Below, piece by piece: positions 57,601 through 60,277 of a stretch of 60,277 bases of DNA. The notes beneath the pieces were generated by a model. That model did not search any database. It saw nothing but the letters and a program-made list of their open reading frames with translations, and was not told the origin of the DNA. Origin of the DNA: a virus. Taxonomy: Duplodnaviria; Caudoviricetes. The stretch is taken from IMG/VR virus record IMGVR_UViG_3300045954_000073, positions 1 to 60,277 of that record. One strand, written 5' to 3'. The translations under genes and the position numbers were made by a program. Position 1 is the stretch's first letter; every line of letters begins with the position of its first letter.

Positions 57601-57998
57601 TTCTTCAAATATCAGTTTCACAAGATGGAATAAATTATAATGAATATCAAAATTTTGTCACAGGAAATTACAAAGGCAGAGCTTTTAAATTCAGGGTATT
57701 TTTGCAAAGCAGTGAAGTTAAAAATAACTTTGCAATTAGCGAATTATCTGTTACTGTCGATATGCCAGATACAATTTTGTCCGGCAATACACAAACATCC
57801 AATTTAATTGATACGATAGTAAGCTTTAGTAAAAAATTCAGAGAAGTACCAGAAATAGGACTGACACTTCAAGATGGACTATCCGGTGATTATATTAAAC
57901 TAGAGTCTAAAACCACATCAGGTTTTGTGATTAATGCTAGAAACAATTTAAATAATAGAATTATAAGAACAATATCTTGGATAGCTAAAGGTTATTAA
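54651..57998 (+). CDS. Tail tip / host specificity protein J-like with FN3 domains
   Basis: LGEGEIEG, YPNSAL, SNNPAW, EPRFTCN, AFGCTSRGQA. Confidence 0.93.
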   Translation: MTNKQRIIVRGSGGGGGGSSGNTPREAPNNLRSRADAVILLLLGEGEIEGFSTADPLQSIYLDATPIKNSDGSLNFQNVAIDYRTGTQWQGYISGISSAVRNEIAVGTQIKQVNGPTTRTIVNPDANAVIVRVMIPTLLDQDDKGNINESSVSFRIDLSTQGGNFEPIYNETISGKTSGNYERQYRINLSTSGPWDIRITRLTPDSDRTTLQNSLFWQSLTEVIDLKLRYPNSALLGVRVSAEQFNSIPKVSVKLKQIRILVPHNYNPLSRQYSGIFDGTLIRQYSNNPAWIFYDLITNSRYGCGKYIDESLVDKFDLYAIGQYCDELVPDGKGGIEPRFTCNVYIQNQDDAFRILESLSACFRGMIYERNATITAVQDKPSNPNRIYTRANVVCEYDDDGRLTAPPFVYSGSSLDTRATVALVSWSDPANNYETAVETVEDKEGLAKFGYNSIELAAFGCTSRGQAYRLGKWTLLSQRYLTQTITFKVGAEGLLVNPGEVFKVMDSLKSVSRRGGRIKAAGINFIELDDAVIIEPGKSYNLSTVKSNGIIETKIVLNSSGIHTILYVNNWSETPRHIWILESSDLQAQLFRCTAVSEIGEHLYEIVGVEYNPSIYDLVEKSGFLLEEPDVSGFPDLLIPPSSPSALKIQESLYQTIGSGGVKTKASITWQASTSILIKEYQLEYRRDGQSQYTVIGGLQDLSTTLYDVAPGIYFFRVKAINNYGTSSSYTQQVQEIYGLSYPPSDVQNFYVNITDSYANFTWNESPDLDVRVGGKFRVKYTSKKQNTSWADGIEIAAVAGYSNYLRFPALEGTFLIKAVDSEGNQSRNVAQVVLDNISRTINYNAVETSIQHPNFNGIKTNTIVVDNQLKLASIDYFDFQTGLFDDMPGLFDDVAGYFDSTEGDFDFQPGMFDDLGILYAIYPSGYYDFDAPIDLGDIFDSRCTANFSGRAIDESRFFDRVGGLFDNYLGFFDGEDIDNASAILQISVSQDGINYNEYQNFVTGNYKGRAFKFRVFLQSSEVKNNFAISELSVTVDMPDTILSGNTQTSNLIDTIVSFSKKFREVPEIGLTLQDGLSGDYIKLESKTTSGFVINARNNLNNRIIRTISWIAKGY

Positions 57999-57999
57999 T

Positions 58000-58653
58000 A
58001 TGCCACAACATGATTTCAATGTAGCTAATCAAAACTTCCCTTCCTTCAGGGAAGATTTAAATAAAGCCTTAGAAGCAATGGCGACTCAAAGCTCAGGAAA
58101 CAATGAGCCACTTGTGACCTACCCATATCAAATTTGGGTGGATACCCAAAATGGATTGATCAAAATGCGTAACGCCGCCAACAATGCTTGGCTGACGACT
58201 GGAAGAACCAATCAACCATTTTGGGGATTAAAAGCTAGTGACGTTGGCGCAACTTTTGTTGCTCCTTATTTTTATGAATTAGGCACTAGCATCCCGCTAA
58301 TTCGGGATACTTCAGGAAGCTGGACAGACCTGATCAATCAAAACATTACGATTAACAGTGGATGTAGATTTGTGTCTACTCTGACGGATGCCGTTTTCCA
58401 GGTTCCGTCAGGCTCTTCAAACAATACTTTTTTCAACCTGCAATCGCTAATTGGAAATTCTGTAAGGAATAGCTACCAAGGTGCGTCTGGCTTTGGTAGC
58501 TATAATGATTTTTGCAGCGCGTTTGTGCTTAATTATGCAGATGTTTTAAGCACAGGAACGCTTAACATCAAGATTCGTGCCAATTATGGCGCGAGTGCCG
58601 CTCAGGTAGTAAATTGCGTGACTGCGAGAGTTTTGGCCTTGGCAGTTTATTGA
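58000..58653 (+). CDS. Putative tail fibre / receptor-binding protein
   Basis: MPQHDFNVANQ...FREDLN.AL...W.DT...KMRNAAN.AW N-terminus, following J. Confidence 0.65.
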   Translation: MPQHDFNVANQNFPSFREDLNKALEAMATQSSGNNEPLVTYPYQIWVDTQNGLIKMRNAANNAWLTTGRTNQPFWGLKASDVGATFVAPYFYELGTSIPLIRDTSGSWTDLINQNITINSGCRFVSTLTDAVFQVPSGSSNNTFFNLQSLIGNSVRNSYQGASGFGSYNDFCSAFVLNYADVLSTGTLNIKIRANYGASAAQVVNCVTARVLALAVY

Positions 58654-58687
58654 ATTGGTGGAAAAATTTGTAGGTTGCTTTGCTATT

Positions 58688-58717
58688 TCACCTACTGATA
58701 AATTCATCAGTAGGTGA
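58688..58717. repeat. Palindrome variant at the end of the late operon
   Basis: TCACCTACTGATAAATTCATCAGTAGGTGA. Confidence 0.7.
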
Positions 58718-58830
58718 GAATTGGGCGAGATATTTTTTGTAAGTGCTACACCAACTGAATTTTACTTTGGAGGAGATAAATACTGGGTGTTATTCTGCTT
58801 GTTGGTGGCAAAGTAGCGAATTAAACAGTT

Positions 58831-59070
58831 ATGAAATCTGAAAAAACCGAAAAACAAAAAAATGATGAGAAAGCTACTAAAGTAGCCTTGGGTTTGACAT
58901 TTTTGATTTTTACTCCGCTATGGTGGTGTTCTCAGCAGCCATCCAAAGAAGCTGACAACGGATGCTATGAAAGGACAGGAGCTGAGATAGGGCGACGAGA
59001 GGGTAATAAACCTCTTAGCAAAAGCGATTTAGAGCAGTATTATCGGGAACTTAGGTATAGATGCGGGTAA
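58831..59070 (+). CDS. Small membrane-anchored protein
   Basis: Single hydrophobic helix followed by WWCSQ. Confidence 0.55.
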   Translation: MKSEKTEKQKNDEKATKVALGLTFLIFTPLWWCSQQPSKEADNGCYERTGAEIGRREGNKPLSKSDLEQYYRELRYRCG

Positions 59071-59075
59071 AGTTC

Positions 59076-59234
59076 TTAAGAATCACCCTTCTCTTGCTTC
59101 TTTAGCTGCTCAATCATAAAACTGAGTTGTGATGACATGGAGCGTTTTTGCTCCTTACAGTATTCTTGGAACCACTCTAAGAGTTCTTGATCTACATAAA
59201 CAGAAATCTTGGGCTTGTTGGTGGCCACGACCAT
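59076..59234 (-). CDS. Ribbon-helix-helix (Arc/CopG-like) regulator, 52 aa (not in ORF track)
   Basis: MVVATNKPKISVYVDQELLEWFQEYCKEQKRSMSSQLSFMIEQ. Confidence 0.78.
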   Translation of the reverse strand: MVVATNKPKISVYVDQELLEWFQEYCKEQKRSMSSQLSFMIEQLKKQEKGDS

Positions 59235-59307
59235 ATAGCTAAACTCCATTAACACTGTAACACCTCTAGCTTACTCTTAGATAGAGTTAAAGTCAATCTA
59301 AAATAGG

Positions 59308-59336
59308 TTGACGTGGAGTTACCTTAAAGCTATTAT
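59308..59336 (+). promoter_or_regulatory. Sigma70-type promoter of the SWIM gene
   Basis: TTGACG-17 nt-TATTAT. Confidence 0.7.
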
Positions 59337-59416
59337 TATGAATAATAAAAGCGATCGCCCACCGTGGAAAGTTTGCGATCGCCTTCTAAACCCCTTATTT
59401 AAAGGTTCATTTCATT

Positions 59417-60277
59417 ATGACATACACACCTAATCATCTCTCAGGGTTATCACTCCCTGATCTTAAGGTAATTGCTGCTGAAATCAACGCCACGCCCATA
59501 GGCGATAAGCGATGTAAGAAAGTTTGGGTAGCGGCAATTCTTACCAAGCAACCTGTACCCCAAGAGCCAATAGCGCCCAAAACCTGTGCCACTTGTTCTT
59601 ACTACCAGTCACGCAACGATGGTACAGACAAAGGGTGGTGCAACTTATTTAATCAATTTGCTCGTGAGATTTTTACAAAGACTCAGGATTGTATAAATAC
59701 CGCTGAAAACCAAGAACCACAAACAGACGATTACTTGTTCCACGATGAGCAAGTAACAGCCCAATCTAAACTAAAAGAACTCATCAAAGAGCAATCTCTT
59801 CAAGTTACCCGTGAAGAACAAGCCAAGTCCGTTCAGGTGGTCGAGAAACATACTACTGAGTACGGCATCCAATACGTCACCCTGAGCAATGATAACTACT
59901 ATGTTGTCACGCCAGACCACCCGAATCCCAAAGAGCGGTGTGAGTGTGGGGATTGTCACTATCGCGGTGCAAAATGCAAGCACCAAATAGCAGTAGAAAA
60001 TTCTAAGCGTTCTCTCAATCCCCCAATCAATAATTTGTCAGAAGTTGGCAGCATCTATTTTATTGGTGATTTTCTCTTGAGATGTTCTGCCGTTGCCACT
60101 GATGATTACGCCGTTGTTTGGGACGTGTGCGACGGTAACAGTTCAATGGGTAAAATCATGATGGACTATGCCGGCTTTTGGCATAACAGTCAAGGCATTA
60201 GCACCCTTATCACTTCTTACGAAGCAGTAACGGATTTGTGCGAACATGCCCAAATTATTGAGCTAGCAGCTGCATAG
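59417..60277 (+). CDS. SWIM zinc-finger protein
   Basis: CECGDCHYRGAKCKH; additional CATC...C...C cluster. Confidence 0.8.
   Translation: MTYTPNHLSGLSLPDLKVIAAEINATPIGDKRCKKVWVAAILTKQPVPQEPIAPKTCATCSYYQSRNDGTDKGWCNLFNQFAREIFTKTQDCINTAENQEPQTDDYLFHDEQVTAQSKLKELIKEQSLQVTREEQAKSVQVVEKHTTEYGIQYVTLSNDNYYVVTPDHPNPKERCECGDCHYRGAKCKHQIAVENSKRSLNPPINNLSEVGSIYFIGDFLLRCSAVATDDYAVVWDVCDGNSSMGKIMMDYAGFWHNSQGISTLITSYEAVTDLCEHAQIIELAAA

Larger units (their letters stand above)
1790..60277. mobile_element. Lambda-like siphoviral prophage, continuing beyond the right edge; left boundary approximate
   Basis: Terminase S/L, portal, protease, capsid, tail tube, tape measure, M/L/K/I/J homologs, repressor and replication genes; no integrase in the window. 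Confidence 0.93.

Noticed and set aside
54651-58653. Diversity-generating retroelement or invertase shufflon at the tail fibre
   Set aside because: No reverse transcriptase, TR/VR pair, invertase or alternative fibre ends seen

Overview
Cyanobacterial DNA (about 30 HIP1 GCGATCGC sites, Nostocales-like). One host gene (flavin amine oxidase, 1-1608) is followed by a lambda-like siphovirus prophage that runs from ~1.8 kb past the right edge; no integrase or att pair is visible. The modules, left to right, are: a displaced tail gene K with decayed copies of M, L and a lysin; a minus-strand FtsK/HerA-like ATPase operon bracketed by two HNH-like genes; an immunity switch; ParB-like, methyltransferase and replication genes; terminase, portal and head genes; tail genes. 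The most unusual signals are: (1) a ~22-bp palindrome (CTCATGATGAAWTCATCATGAG) repeated about 11 times at module boundaries; (2) a C5-methyltransferase split over two overlapping frames, with one half fused to an ASCH-domain protein; (3) a 3626-aa tape measure protein with five enzyme-like domains; (4) two virion genes individually inverted inside the late operon; (5) unannotated frameshift products (tail chaperone G-T and a possible portal-minor capsid fusion); (6) small gene cassettes flanked by HIP1-containing direct repeats. Product calls come from motifs recognised by eye and from synteny; no database searches were run.
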